DNA from: Hydrogenophaga sp.
Lineage (GTDB): Bacteria; Pseudomonadota; Gammaproteobacteria; Burkholderiales; Burkholderiaceae_C
DNA: 64,000 nucleotides
Assembly: GCF_035481345.1 (NCBI RefSeq)
Contig: NZ_DATIGV010000020.1
Coordinates: forward strand, 2,727 to 66,726
Reading direction: 5' to 3'
Positions 32,894 to 41,902 of the stretch are shown here, in pieces. Below the pieces are notes generated by a model. It ran no database searches. It saw only the letters and a list, made by a program, of their open reading frames with translations, and was not told the origin of the DNA. The stretch's first letter is position 1; every line of letters begins with the position of its first letter. The position numbers and the translations under genes are program-made.

Positions 32894-33794
32894 CACCCTG
32901 CCACCGCCCGCGGCCACTCAGCCGGTCGTGCTGGTGGTGGACGACTCGTTGGAGACCCTGCGCATGCTGGGCGACGCCCTGGTGGCCGAGGGCTACGTGG
33001 TGCTGGCCGCGCGCGATGCGCAGGAAGCGCTGGAGCGCTTCGAACTCGCCATTCCCGATGGCGTGCTGCTCGACGCCGTGATGCCCGGCATGGACGGCTT
33101 CGAGCTGTGCCAGCGCATCAAGTCCACGCCGGCCTGGTCGCACGTGCCGGTGCTGTTCATGACCGGCCTGTCCGACAGCGAGCCGCTGCTGCGCGGCTTC
33201 GCCAGCGGCGGCGTGGACTACGTGGTCAAGCCGCTGCGCATCCCCGAGGTGATGGCGCGCCTGGCCACGCACCTGCGCAACGCGCGCGTGGCGCGGCTGG
33301 CGCAGGAGGCGGTGGACGTGGCCGGCCTGGGCACCGTCGTGCTGGATTCGCTCGGACGCATGGCCTGGCGCTCGCCGCAGGCCATGGTCTGGCTGGGCCA
33401 GGCCTTCGGCGGTGACGCGGAGGGGCAGGAGCAGGCCGCGCGCTGGCTGGCCGCCGCGCGGCGCGAGGGCACCGCGCAGGTCGACGGTGCGCAGGGCCGC
33501 CTGCTCGCGCGCCACCTGGGCCAGGGCAGCCTGGGCGAGTCCATGCTGCTGCTGAGCCTGACGCCGCTGAACACCGCGGCCGCGCAGCGGCTGCGCGAGG
33601 TCGCGCTCACGCCACGCGAGACCGAGGTGCTGTCCTGGCTGGCCAAGGGCAAGACGAACCGCGACATCGCCGACATCCTGGGCATGAGCCACCGCACGGT
33701 GAACAAGCACCTGGAGCACGTGTTCGAAAAACTGGGCGTGGAGACGCGCGCGGCGGCCGCGGCTATTGCGGGCAAGCTGCTGCCGCAGGCGTGA
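32877..33794 (+). CDS. Response regulator: receiver domain, unassigned central domain and LuxR-type HTH
   Basis: ORF 32868..33794 (the track start is a TTG). The ATG at 32877 has a GAGGAG about 10 nt upstream and overlaps the kinase stop by 17 nt. VVLVVDDS...LLDAVMPGMDG...K; C-terminal LTPRETEVLSWLAKGKTNRDIADILGMSHRTVNKH. Confidence 0.85.
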   Translation: MTPWSDTLPPPAATQPVVLVVDDSLETLRMLGDALVAEGYVVLAARDAQEALERFELAIPDGVLLDAVMPGMDGFELCQRIKSTPAWSHVPVLFMTGLSDSEPLLRGFASGGVDYVVKPLRIPEVMARLATHLRNARVARLAQEAVDVAGLGTVVLDSLGRMAWRSPQAMVWLGQAFGGDAEGQEQAARWLAAARREGTAQVDGAQGRLLARHLGQGSLGESMLLLSLTPLNTAAAQRLREVALTPRETEVLSWLAKGKTNRDIADILGMSHRTVNKHLEHVFEKLGVETRAAAAAIAGKLLPQA

Positions 33795-33807
33795 AGCCTC
33801 GGCTGCT

Positions 33808-34557
33808 TCAGAGCTGCGCGATGCCGCCGTCCACCACGTACTCCGCCCCCGTGACGAAGGACGCATCGTTCGAGAGCAGGAAGGCGGCCACCGCCGCCAC
33901 CTCGTCGGGCCGGCCAAAACGGCCGAGCGGCACCTGCTGCAGCACGGCCTGGCCGAACTCGGCCACCGCCGTGGCCGCCATTCCCGTGCGATCGAAGAAG
34001 GCGGTTTCGATGGGGCCGGGGCTGACGGCGTTGACGCGGATGCCGCGCGGCGCCAGTTCGCGCGCCAGCACGCGGGTCAGGGTGCGCACCGCGCCCTTGG
34101 TGGAGGCGTAGATCGCCATCGAAGCGAAGCCCTTTTCGCGCGCCACCGAGGTGTTGAGCAGCAAGGCGGCGCCATCGGACAACAAGGGTGCCAGGGCGCG
34201 CGCCTGCAGCAGCGGGCCGCGCACGTTGACCGCATATTGGGCATCGAACTCGTCGGCCGTCACATCCTCCAGCGACTGGAAGCGGCCGAAACCGGCGTTG
34301 AAGAAGGCACCGTCGATCTGCGGCGTGATGGCCTCGATGGCCTCGCGCAAGGCCTGGGCAGCGGCGGGATCGCCCGCGTCGTTCAACAGGTAGCGGGCCC
34401 GCTCGCCGAGCACGCCGCGCGCCGTGTCCAGCGACGACAGTCGCGAACCGGTGACGATGACGCGCGCGCCTTCGTCGGCCAGGCGCTGTGCGGTGGCGAG
34501 GCCGATGCCGCTGGTACCGCCGGTGACAAGCACGGTCTTGTGTGTGAAACGGGTCAT
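33808..34557 (-). CDS. Short-chain dehydrogenase/reductase
   Basis: Inner ATG of ORF 33808..34785 (249 aa). TGGTSGIG cofactor motif, YASTK catalytic motif. Confidence 0.9.
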   Translation of the reverse strand: MTRFTHKTVLVTGGTSGIGLATAQRLADEGARVIVTGSRLSSLDTARGVLGERARYLLNDAGDPAAAQALREAIEAITPQIDGAFFNAGFGRFQSLEDVTADEFDAQYAVNVRGPLLQARALAPLLSDGAALLLNTSVAREKGFASMAIYASTKGAVRTLTRVLARELAPRGIRVNAVSPGPIETAFFDRTGMAATAVAEFGQAVLQQVPLGRFGRPDEVAAVAAFLLSNDASFVTGAEYVVDGGIAQL

Positions 34558-34625
34558 GATCGACGTCCTTTCTGGTTGAGGTGCGCCTATGATGGGTTGT
34601 CGATCTGAACAAGGAAATCCCAGAA

Positions 34626-35618
34626 GTGGGCAAGAAGAATTTGCGCAATCGCACAAGTGCGCTGGATTGGAACGACCTGCGCATGGTGCTGGCCGTGAGC
34701 CGCGCGGGCAGCCTGAACGGGGCGGCCCTCGAGCTGGGCTTGCGTCACTCCACTGTCTTCCGGCGCATTGAGGAGGTCGAAGCACGCGCCGGCGCCCGGC
34801 TCTTCGAGCGTTCGCGCACCGGTTGGCGGGCCAACCTCCAGGGCGAAGCGGTGGCGGCCGCGGCCGCCGAGATGGAGGCCGCGGCGCTGTCTGCCGAGCG
34901 CGCGATCAGTGGGTCTGACGCCCGCGTGGAGGGCGTGATTCGCCTGGCCACCAGCGAGATGCTGGCCGGCTACCTGTTGCCCGCGATGCTGCAACGCTTC
35001 CTGTCGGCGCACGCCGGCATCGAGATCGAAGCCGACGTGTCCAACCGCGCCGTCGATCTGACGCGGCGCGAGGCAGACCTCGCCCTGCGGGCCACTGCCC
35101 GGCCGCCAGACTCCATGGTGGGTCGGCAGGTGGGCGAGTTGCGCTATGCCGTGTACGCCGCACGGTCGCTGCTGCCGCGCCGTGGCGATGTCCAGCCGGT
35201 GCTGCAGGCCCTGCCATGGATCGGCTTCGACGAGCGCATCGCCTACACCGGCATCGCCCAGTGGTTCGCCCGGGCACTGCCCGAGGTGCGCCCCCGGATG
35301 AAGGCCGACTCCCTGCCAGCCATGCTGAAGGCGGGTGCTGCCGGCATCGGTGCCGTCGTGCTGCCGATGTTCGCTGCCGCGCAGGAGCCGGGCCTGCTTC
35401 GCGTCACCCCGCCGATTGAAGGACAGTCCATGGGCCTGTGGCTGCTGCACCACCCCGATGTGCGCGGCAACGCCCGCGTACGGCTTCTGATGCAGTGGCT
35501 GGCGCAGGCGATACCCGAGGAACTGGCGCGGCAGGCGGACGGTGGCAAGACCGTGTCCCGCTTCGCGGATTGCCCGCTGGCGGGTCGGCGGTCGCGCCGA
35601 CCCGCCAGCGGAGCATGA
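34626..35618 (+). CDS. LysR-family transcriptional regulator
   Basis: ORF 34626..35618 (GTG start). LDWNDLRMVLAVSRAGSLNGAALELGLRHSTVFRRI HTH. Divergent from the SDR gene. Confidence 0.85.
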   Translation: MGKKNLRNRTSALDWNDLRMVLAVSRAGSLNGAALELGLRHSTVFRRIEEVEARAGARLFERSRTGWRANLQGEAVAAAAAEMEAAALSAERAISGSDARVEGVIRLATSEMLAGYLLPAMLQRFLSAHAGIEIEADVSNRAVDLTRREADLALRATARPPDSMVGRQVGELRYAVYAARSLLPRRGDVQPVLQALPWIGFDERIAYTGIAQWFARALPEVRPRMKADSLPAMLKAGAAGIGAVVLPMFAAAQEPGLLRVTPPIEGQSMGLWLLHHPDVRGNARVRLLMQWLAQAIPEELARQADGGKTVSRFADCPLAGRRSRRPASGA

Positions 35619-35701
35619 GCACCGCACGGCCCGCGAGACCCCGTCACCGGACAGGCCCGGCCCCCCCGGCCACAATCGCCCCAGCAACCGAGGAGACCAC
35701 C

Positions 35702-36574
35702 ATGCTCGAGACCGTCATCAACGCGCGCCCCGCCGACCTGGGCCACGGCCTGACCGTGCGGCGCGTATTGCCCTACGCGAAACGCCGCATGGTCGGCCCC
35801 TTCATCTTCGTGGACCACGCCGGGCCCGTGACCATGGCGCCCGAGGACACGAGCGCCGCCGACGTGCGTCCCCACCCGCACATCGGCCTGTCCACCGTGA
35901 GCTACCTGCTCAGCGGGCAGGTGATGCACCGCGACAGCCTGGGGGTGGTGCAGTCCATAGTGCCCGGCGACGTGAACTGGATGACCGCCGGGCGCGGCAT
36001 CTCGCACAGCGAGCGCTTCACGCACCCCGACTCCTTCGCGGGCGGCGGCCTGGAGCTGATGCAGCTCTGGGTGGCGCTGCCGGTGGAGGACGAGGAGACC
36101 GAGCCCGCCTTCACCCACTACCCGGCGAAGGACCTGCCGGTGCGCGAGCAGGACGGCGTGTGGATGCGCCTGATCGCCGGCGATGCCTACGGCATGAAAA
36201 GCCCCGTGCGCACGCACTCGCCGCTGTTCTACCTGCACACGCAATGGCAGGCCGGCGCCAGCCTGGCTTTGCCGGGTGGCCACCGCGAACAGGCGGTGTA
36301 CGTGGCGCACGGCGAAATCGAACACGCGGGCGAGGTCTACCACCCGGGGCAACTGCTGGTCTTCGGCGACGACACCGACGCGCTCATCACCGCGCAGGTG
36401 CCGAGCACGCTGATGGTCTTCGGCGGCGAACCGCTGGGCGAGCGGCACGTGTGGTGGAACTTCGTGTCCTCGCGCAAGGAGCGCATCGAGCAGGCCAAGG
36501 CGGACTGGCAGGCGGGACGCATCGCGCTGCCGCCGGGGGATGACCAGGAGTGGATTCCCCTGCCGGGGGCCTAG
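35702..36574 (+). CDS. Pirin-family protein
   Basis: Inner ATG of ORF 35438..36574 (290 aa). GPFIFVDHAGP, PHPHIGLSTVSYLL, GDVNWMTAGRGISHSE. Confidence 0.9.
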   Translation: MLETVINARPADLGHGLTVRRVLPYAKRRMVGPFIFVDHAGPVTMAPEDTSAADVRPHPHIGLSTVSYLLSGQVMHRDSLGVVQSIVPGDVNWMTAGRGISHSERFTHPDSFAGGGLELMQLWVALPVEDEETEPAFTHYPAKDLPVREQDGVWMRLIAGDAYGMKSPVRTHSPLFYLHTQWQAGASLALPGGHREQAVYVAHGEIEHAGEVYHPGQLLVFGDDTDALITAQVPSTLMVFGGEPLGERHVWWNFVSSRKERIEQAKADWQAGRIALPPGDDQEWIPLPGA

Positions 36575-36810
36575 GACCAGTACGGGTCGTCCGCCTTGCG
36601 GCGCTGCACGCGCGCCGATCCCCACACCACGCGCAGCTGCCGGCCCTCGCGGGCCAGGCTGTCGGCCACCTTGTCGATGACGTAGCGGCGCCGGGCCGGC
36701 TCGCCCGGCACGTCGAACTCCCACAGCTTGAGCGAACCGTCGGGCTGCTCCTCCACCAGGATGGCGAAGCGGCCGTAGGGGTCGCGGTACTTGAGGGTGC
36801 GGCAGTACAT
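36571..36810 (-). CDS. Hypothetical small protein (79 aa)
   Basis: ORF 36571..36810. Genome-like codon bias, no family recognised. Its stop overlaps the pirin stop by 4 nt (convergent). Confidence 0.4.
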   Translation of the reverse strand: MYCRTLKYRDPYGRFAILVEEQPDGSLKLWEFDVPGEPARRRYVIDKVADSLAREGRQLRVVWGSARVQRRKADDPYWS

Positions 36811-36871
36811 GCTGGCTCGTCGAAAGCGAGCCGGTGAGTAACTGCGGGGGCCGCGAAAGTTCAGGCCCGCG

Positions 36872-37345
36872 TCACAGGCCCAGCTCGGTCAGCCCCGGGT
36901 GCGTGGCAGGCCGCGGCCCGAGGGGCCAGTGGAACAGCCGCTCACTCTCGTGGATCGGCCGGTCGTTGATGCTGGCATGGCGCTGCTCCATCAGGCCCAG
37001 GTCGGTGAACTGCCAGTTCTCGTTGCCGTGCGAGCGGAACCACTGGCCCGAGTCGTCGCGCCATTCGTAGACGAAGCGCACCGCGATGCGGCGTCCCTCG
37101 AAGGCCCAGAGCTCCTTGATGAGCCGGTAGTCCAGCTCCTTCGCCCACTTGCGCGTGAGGAAGGCGTGCACCTCGGCCCGGCCCACCGGGAACTCCGCGC
37201 GGTTGCGCCAGCGCGTGTCCTCGGTGTAGACCTTGACCACGCGGTCGGGGTCGCGCGTGTTCCACGCGTCCTCGGCCATGCGGACCTTCTCGATGGCCGA
37301 TTCGCGCGTGAAAGGCGGCAGCGGCGGGCGCGGCTCGGCGCTCAT
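36872..37345 (-). CDS. DUF1348 / NTF2-like family protein
   Basis: Inner ATG of ORF 36872..37729 (157 aa). [26 protein letters not shown] is typical of DUF1348. Its start overlaps the cynS stop by 1 nt (TGATG). Confidence 0.75.
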   Translation of the reverse strand: MSAEPRPPLPPFTRESAIEKVRMAEDAWNTRDPDRVVKVYTEDTRWRNRAEFPVGRAEVHAFLTRKWAKELDYRLIKELWAFEGRRIAVRFVYEWRDDSGQWFRSHGNENWQFTDLGLMEQRHASINDRPIHESERLFHWPLGPRPATHPGLTELGL

Positions 37346-37788
37346 CAGTACTGCTTGTAGGGCAGGAACTTGCCCGACATCACGATGTTCACGCGGTCGC
37401 CATTGGGGTCGGCCTGGCGCTTCATGTCCATCTTGAAGTCGATGGCGCTCATGATGCCGTCGCCGAATTCTTCGTGGATGAGTTCCTTGAAGGTGGTGCC
37501 GTAGACGCTGACCAGTTCGTAGAAGCGGTAGATCAGCGGATCGGTGGGCACGCTGGTGGGCAGCGAGCCCTTGTAGGGCACGACCTGCAGCCACTTCTGC
37601 TCGTCCGCCGTCAGGCCGAAGATCTTGCCGAGCGCCTTGGCCTGTTCGGGCGTGGCGGTCATCTGGCCCAGGCACAGGGCCGTGGTCCATTCCTTGGACT
37701 TGCCGACCTTCTTGGCGACGTCTTCCCACTTCAGGCCCTTGCTGACCTTGGTGGAGACGATCTTCTCGGTGACTTCAATGCGACTCAT
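37345..37788 (-). CDS. cynS: Cyanase (cyanate hydratase)
   Basis: ORF 37345..37788 (147 aa). Full-length CynS-like protein: N-terminal HTH-like domain and C-terminal YRFYE...[10 protein letters not shown]...RV.I...GKFLPY. Confidence 0.95.
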   Translation of the reverse strand: MSRIEVTEKIVSTKVSKGLKWEDVAKKVGKSKEWTTALCLGQMTATPEQAKALGKIFGLTADEQKWLQVVPYKGSLPTSVPTDPLIYRFYELVSVYGTTFKELIHEEFGDGIMSAIDFKMDMKRQADPNGDRVNIVMSGKFLPYKQY

Positions 37789-37905
37789 GTTTGCCTCTTG
37801 AGTAGTGGTGGAGTGAAAGGGTTGAACCGGGGGTGCCGCGGAACCGGCTTTGCCGGGCCGCTGGCGCCGTCCCCCGTGGGGGAAGCCGCGCAGCGGCGCA
37901 GGGGG

Positions 37906-38712
37906 TCAATTCGCTCTCGCTCGAGAGACGAGGAAGTCGACGATGTGGTTGCGCAGCTCGTAGTAGCCGTCCAGGTGGTGCAACTGGGCGCGTGTGCGTT
38001 CGCGCGGCAGGGTGTTGCTCACCACCTCGGCCAGGCCGCCGGGCTTGTAGACGCCCTCCACCTCGCGGCCGTTGCTCATGAGCAGGATGCGGTCGGCCAG
38101 CAGGATGGCCTCGTCCACGTCGTGGGTGATCATGAACACCGTCTGGTGCGTCTCGCGCACGATGGACATGAGCTCGTCCTGGATGGTGCCGCGCGTGAGC
38201 GCATCCAGCGCGCCGAAGGGCTCGTCGAGCAGCAGCATCTTGGGCTGGATCGCGAAGGCGCGCGCGATGCCCACGCGTTGTTTCATGCCACCCGAGAGTT
38301 GCGACGGCTTCTTGTCGATGGCGTGGCTCAGGCCCACCATGGCCACGTACTTCTCGACCTGCGCGTCGACCTCGGTCTTGTTCCACTCGGGCCAGCGCGA
38401 CTTCACCGCGAAGGCGATGTTCTGGCGCACGCTGAGCCAGGGCATGAGCGCGTGGCCCTGGAAGACCACGCCGCGCTCCAGGCTGGGGCCGGCGATCTCG
38501 CGACCGTCCATGAAGGCGTGGCCCTCGCTGGCCGTGTCCAGGCCGGCGAGCACGTTGAGGATGGTCGTCTTGCCGCAGCCGCTGTGGCCGATGATGCAGA
38601 CGAACTCGCCCTTGTCGATGCCGAAGTCGACGCCGGCGAACACGGGCTTGTCGGACTGGTAGGCCTTGGCGAGGTTCTCGACCTGCAGGAAGGCGCGGGG
38701 GTGGGCGCTCAT
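37906..38712 (-). CDS. cynD: Nitrate/cyanate/bicarbonate-type ABC transporter ATP-binding protein (CynD/NrtD-like)
   Basis: Inner ATG of ORF 37906..38781 (268 aa). GHSGCGKTT, LSGGMKQRV, LLLDEPFGALD. Confidence 0.9.
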   Translation of the reverse strand: MSAHPRAFLQVENLAKAYQSDKPVFAGVDFGIDKGEFVCIIGHSGCGKTTILNVLAGLDTASEGHAFMDGREIAGPSLERGVVFQGHALMPWLSVRQNIAFAVKSRWPEWNKTEVDAQVEKYVAMVGLSHAIDKKPSQLSGGMKQRVGIARAFAIQPKMLLLDEPFGALDALTRGTIQDELMSIVRETHQTVFMITHDVDEAILLADRILLMSNGREVEGVYKPGGLAEVVSNTLPRERTRAQLHHLDGYYELRNHIVDFLVSRARAN

Positions 38713-38770
38713 GGCGGTGCCTTTGGTTTGCGTTGAGGGTGCCGCGGAGCCGAGGCCCTGTTGCCGGCTG

Positions 38771-39646
38771 TCACTCCACATAGGTCACCACCTTCTGCAG
38801 CTGCGCGAACATCAGGTCGAGCAGCATGCCCACCACGCCGATCATCAGCACCGCGAAGATCACGTTGGTGAGCGAGAGGTTGTTCCACTCGTTCCACACG
38901 AAGTAGCCGATACCGGTGCCGCCGACGAGCATCTCGGCCGCGACGATGACCAGCCAGGCGATGCCCATGCTGATGCGCATGCCCGTGAGGATGGTGGGTG
39001 CGGCGGCGGGCAGCACCACCAGGAAGGCCTTGCGCAGCGGGTTCACCTCCAGCGTGGCGGCCACGTTGAGCCAGTCGCGCTTGACCGAGGCCACGCCGAA
39101 GGCGGTGTTGATCAGCATCGGCCAGATGGAGCAGATGAAGATGACGAAGATGCCGCTGACGTTGCTGTCCTTCAGCGTGTAGAGCGCCAGCGGCATCCAG
39201 GCCAGGGGGCTGATGGGCTTCAACACCTGCACGAAGGGATCGAAGGCCTTCTGCATGAGCGGCGACATGCCGATGAGAAAGCCCAGCGGAATGGCCACCA
39301 GCATGGCGAGTGCGAAGCCCAGGCCGACGCGCGCCAGCGAGTGCGCGATCTGGATGCCGATGCCCTTGTCGTTGGGCCCGTTGTCGTAGAAGGGGTTGGA
39401 GAGGTGGCCCCAGCTGGCCTTGGCCACGTCCCCCGGCGGGGGAAAGCCGCCGGTCTTGCCGGCGCCGGACCCGGGGTCCTTGCCCATCATCTTGGCGTAC
39501 TCGATCTCCTCGGGCGTGAGGTTGGAGGCGGCGGCGCCCGCGCCACCCCCGCCCGTGGCGAGTTGCCAGGCCCCGATGAAGACCACCAACAGCAGCAGCG
39601 AGACCAGCGCGGCGCGCAGGTTGACGTTCAGTCCGCTCATGGTCAC
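38771..39646 (-). CDS. cynB: Nitrate/cyanate-type ABC transporter permease (CynB/NrtB-like)
   Basis: ORF 38771..39646 (291 aa). NrtB-like permease. Its start overlaps the binding-protein stop (ATGA). Confidence 0.9.
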   Translation of the reverse strand: MTMSGLNVNLRAALVSLLLLVVFIGAWQLATGGGGAGAAASNLTPEEIEYAKMMGKDPGSGAGKTGGFPPPGDVAKASWGHLSNPFYDNGPNDKGIGIQIAHSLARVGLGFALAMLVAIPLGFLIGMSPLMQKAFDPFVQVLKPISPLAWMPLALYTLKDSNVSGIFVIFICSIWPMLINTAFGVASVKRDWLNVAATLEVNPLRKAFLVVLPAAAPTILTGMRISMGIAWLVIVAAEMLVGGTGIGYFVWNEWNNLSLTNVIFAVLMIGVVGMLLDLMFAQLQKVVTYVE

Positions 39647-41064
39647 GCCGCTTTGCTGATCGCGAAGCTCTTGAGGTACTCGGCCGGCTTCGCCGGGTCG
39701 AACACCTTGCCCATGATGGTGTGCTTCTCGTAGCCCGGACCGGCCTTGAAGTCCTGGCCCAGTTCCTTCATGTGCTTGCGCGCGTCGGTGATGAGGAAGA
39801 CGCGCTCGGCGATCTGGTTGTAGTTGACCTCACCCTTGATGTAGCCCCAGCGCTGCATCTGCGTGAGCATCCACACCGCCATGCTCTGCCAGGGCATGGG
39901 GTCGAAGTCGGCGCGCTCGGGCACGTTCTGGACCTTGCCCAGGCCGTCGGCGAAGCGGCCGGTGAGCACTTGCGTGATCACGGCCTCGGGCTGGTTGAGG
40001 TACTGGCTGGGCGCGATGACCTTGGCGATGAGCTCGCGGTTCTTGGGCTGGCGCGCCATGGCCGCGGCGTTGAGCACGGCGCGGTACAGGGCCGCGAAGG
40101 TGTTGGGGTTCTGCTTGATGAACTCGGTGCTGGTGCCGAAGGCGCAGCAGGGGTGGCCGTTCCAGAGGTCCTTCGTCAGCACATGGATGAAGCCCACCTC
40201 CTCGAACACGGCGCGCTGGTTGAAGGGATCGGGGCCGAGGAAGCCGTCGATGTTGCCGGCGCGCAGGTTGGCCACCATCTCGGCCGGCGGGATCACGCGC
40301 AGCTGCACGTCGGTGTCGGGGTTGAGCCCGTTCTCGGCCAGGTAGTAGCGCAACAGGAAGTTGTGCATCGAGTACTCGAAGGGAATGCCGAACTTGAAGC
40401 CCTTCCAGTTCTTCGGGTCGCGGTTGTCCTTGTGCTTGAGCGCCATGGTGATGGCCTGGCCGTTGATGTTCTGCACCGTGGCCACGTTCATGGGCACGGC
40501 GTTGCTGCCGAGGCCGAGCGAGATGGCCAGGGGCATGGGCGAGAGGAAGTGCGAGGCGTCGTACTCCTTGTTGATCATCTTGTCGCGCACCAGGGCCCAG
40601 CCCGCGGTCTTGGTGACTTCGACGTTGAGGCCCTGCTTGCTGTAGAAGCCCAGGGGGTGGGCCATGATCAGCGGCGTGGCGCAGGTGATCGGGATGAAGC
40701 CGATCTTCAGGTTCGTCTTCTCGAGCTTGCCTTTCTCCTGCGCCATGGCCTGCAGGCTGGCGATGGGCAGCACGCTGGCAATCGCCGCCATCGCCGTGCC
40801 CTTGCCCACGGCGCGCAGGAAGCGGCGGCGCACCGCATCCTGCGGGAACAGCGCCTTCACCAGCGTGGCCTCGATGAACTCGCGGCTGTAGGCCTCGAAC
40901 TCGGGGGTTTCGCTGCGCGCGCGCAGGGTGGCGGCGGCCTGTTCGGCGGCGCTGTCCTTCGTTCGTTGTTCGGCCTGGTGCTCGGCCACCGTGTGGTCGC
41001 GCCCGCAGCTGCACTTGAGCATCAGGGGCTTGTCGGCGTTGTACGGGTCGAAGAAGTCGGACAT
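39643..41064 (-). CDS. cynA: NrtA/CynA-like periplasmic binding protein with an N-terminal extension preceding a twin-arginine motif
   Basis: Inner ATG of ORF 39643..41103 (473 aa). About 85 residues (including KCSCGRDH) precede RRRFLRAVGKGTAMAAIASVL. The NrtA-like body follows (KIGFIPITCATPL). Confidence 0.85.
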   Translation of the reverse strand: MSDFFDPYNADKPLMLKCSCGRDHTVAEHQAEQRTKDSAAEQAAATLRARSETPEFEAYSREFIEATLVKALFPQDAVRRRFLRAVGKGTAMAAIASVLPIASLQAMAQEKGKLEKTNLKIGFIPITCATPLIMAHPLGFYSKQGLNVEVTKTAGWALVRDKMINKEYDASHFLSPMPLAISLGLGSNAVPMNVATVQNINGQAITMALKHKDNRDPKNWKGFKFGIPFEYSMHNFLLRYYLAENGLNPDTDVQLRVIPPAEMVANLRAGNIDGFLGPDPFNQRAVFEEVGFIHVLTKDLWNGHPCCAFGTSTEFIKQNPNTFAALYRAVLNAAAMARQPKNRELIAKVIAPSQYLNQPEAVITQVLTGRFADGLGKVQNVPERADFDPMPWQSMAVWMLTQMQRWGYIKGEVNYNQIAERVFLITDARKHMKELGQDFKAGPGYEKHTIMGKVFDPAKPAEYLKSFAISKAA

Positions 41065-41098
41065 GGCGCACCTCGTGAGTTGGAGATGCGCGGAGATT

Positions 41099-41114
41099 TG
41101 CAAGCACCGGGCCA
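41099..41114 (-). promoter_or_regulatory. Sigma-54 (-24/-12) promoter of the cyn operon
   Basis: The minus strand reads TGGCCCggtgcTTGCA (GG and GC correctly spaced, one mismatch to TGGCAC), about 35 nt upstream of the cynA-like ATG. Confidence 0.6.
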
Positions 41115-41209
41115 GTTGCTGCGTTGCAGCAGGCGCTGGCGTGATTTCGTGGGCGGCCGCGCCACGCGGTGTAGGGGTGGCCCTACAAAGCCGCCGGATG
41201 CGCCGCGTC

Positions 41210-41902
41210 TCAGGCGCCCGAACGGTGTCTTTCGGCGTACAGCGCGAGTTCGACGTCGTTCTTGGCGCCCGTCTTTTCCAGGATGCGCGCGCGGTAGGTG
41301 CTCACCGTGTTGGACGCCAGGCCCAGGCGTGCACCAATTTCGCTCACGGTGAGCCCCTGGGTGAGCAGGCGATAGACCTGGTGCTCCCGGTGCGAGAGCG
41401 CCTCGGGGCCCGCCTGCGCGGCGCCACTGCCCACGGCGGCGGCCAGGGCCTCGGCCGTGGCGGGGGTGAGGTAGCGCCCCCCGCCCGCGCACTTGCGCAC
41501 CGCGAGCAGCATGTCGTCCGGGTCGGCGCCCTTGTTGAGGTAGCCGCAGGCGCCCAGGCGGATGCAGCGCACGGCGTACTGCTTCTCGGGGTAGGTGCTG
41601 AGCATGAGCACCGGCAGGTACGGGTGCTCCTTGCGCAGGCGCTGCAGCACGTCCAGGCCGTCGATGCCGGGCATGGCCACGTCGAGCAGCACGAGATCGA
41701 GGCCTTCATTGCCACCAAGGGCGCGCACCTGCGTGAGCACCTCTTCCCCGCTTTGCGCCTCGGCCACCACGCTCACGTCGGGGGCGTCCGCCAGGATCTG
41801 CTTCAGGCCTTCGCGCACGATGCGGTGGTCGTCGCCGATCAGCACGCGGATGGTGTCGGCCAGCAGATCAAAGCGGCTGGCCTCGCTGTATTGGCTGTTC
41901 AT
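41210..41902 (-). CDS. NarL/FixJ-family response regulator
   Basis: Tail of ORF 41210..42979 (230 aa). RVLIGDDHRIVREGL...LDVAMPGIDG. LuxR HTH LSHREHQVYRLLTQGLTVSEIGARLGLASNTVSTYR. Confidence 0.9.
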   Translation of the reverse strand: MNSQYSEASRFDLLADTIRVLIGDDHRIVREGLKQILADAPDVSVVAEAQSGEEVLTQVRALGGNEGLDLVLLDVAMPGIDGLDVLQRLRKEHPYLPVLMLSTYPEKQYAVRCIRLGACGYLNKGADPDDMLLAVRKCAGGGRYLTPATAEALAAAVGSGAAQAGPEALSHREHQVYRLLTQGLTVSEIGARLGLASNTVSTYRARILEKTGAKNDVELALYAERHRSGA

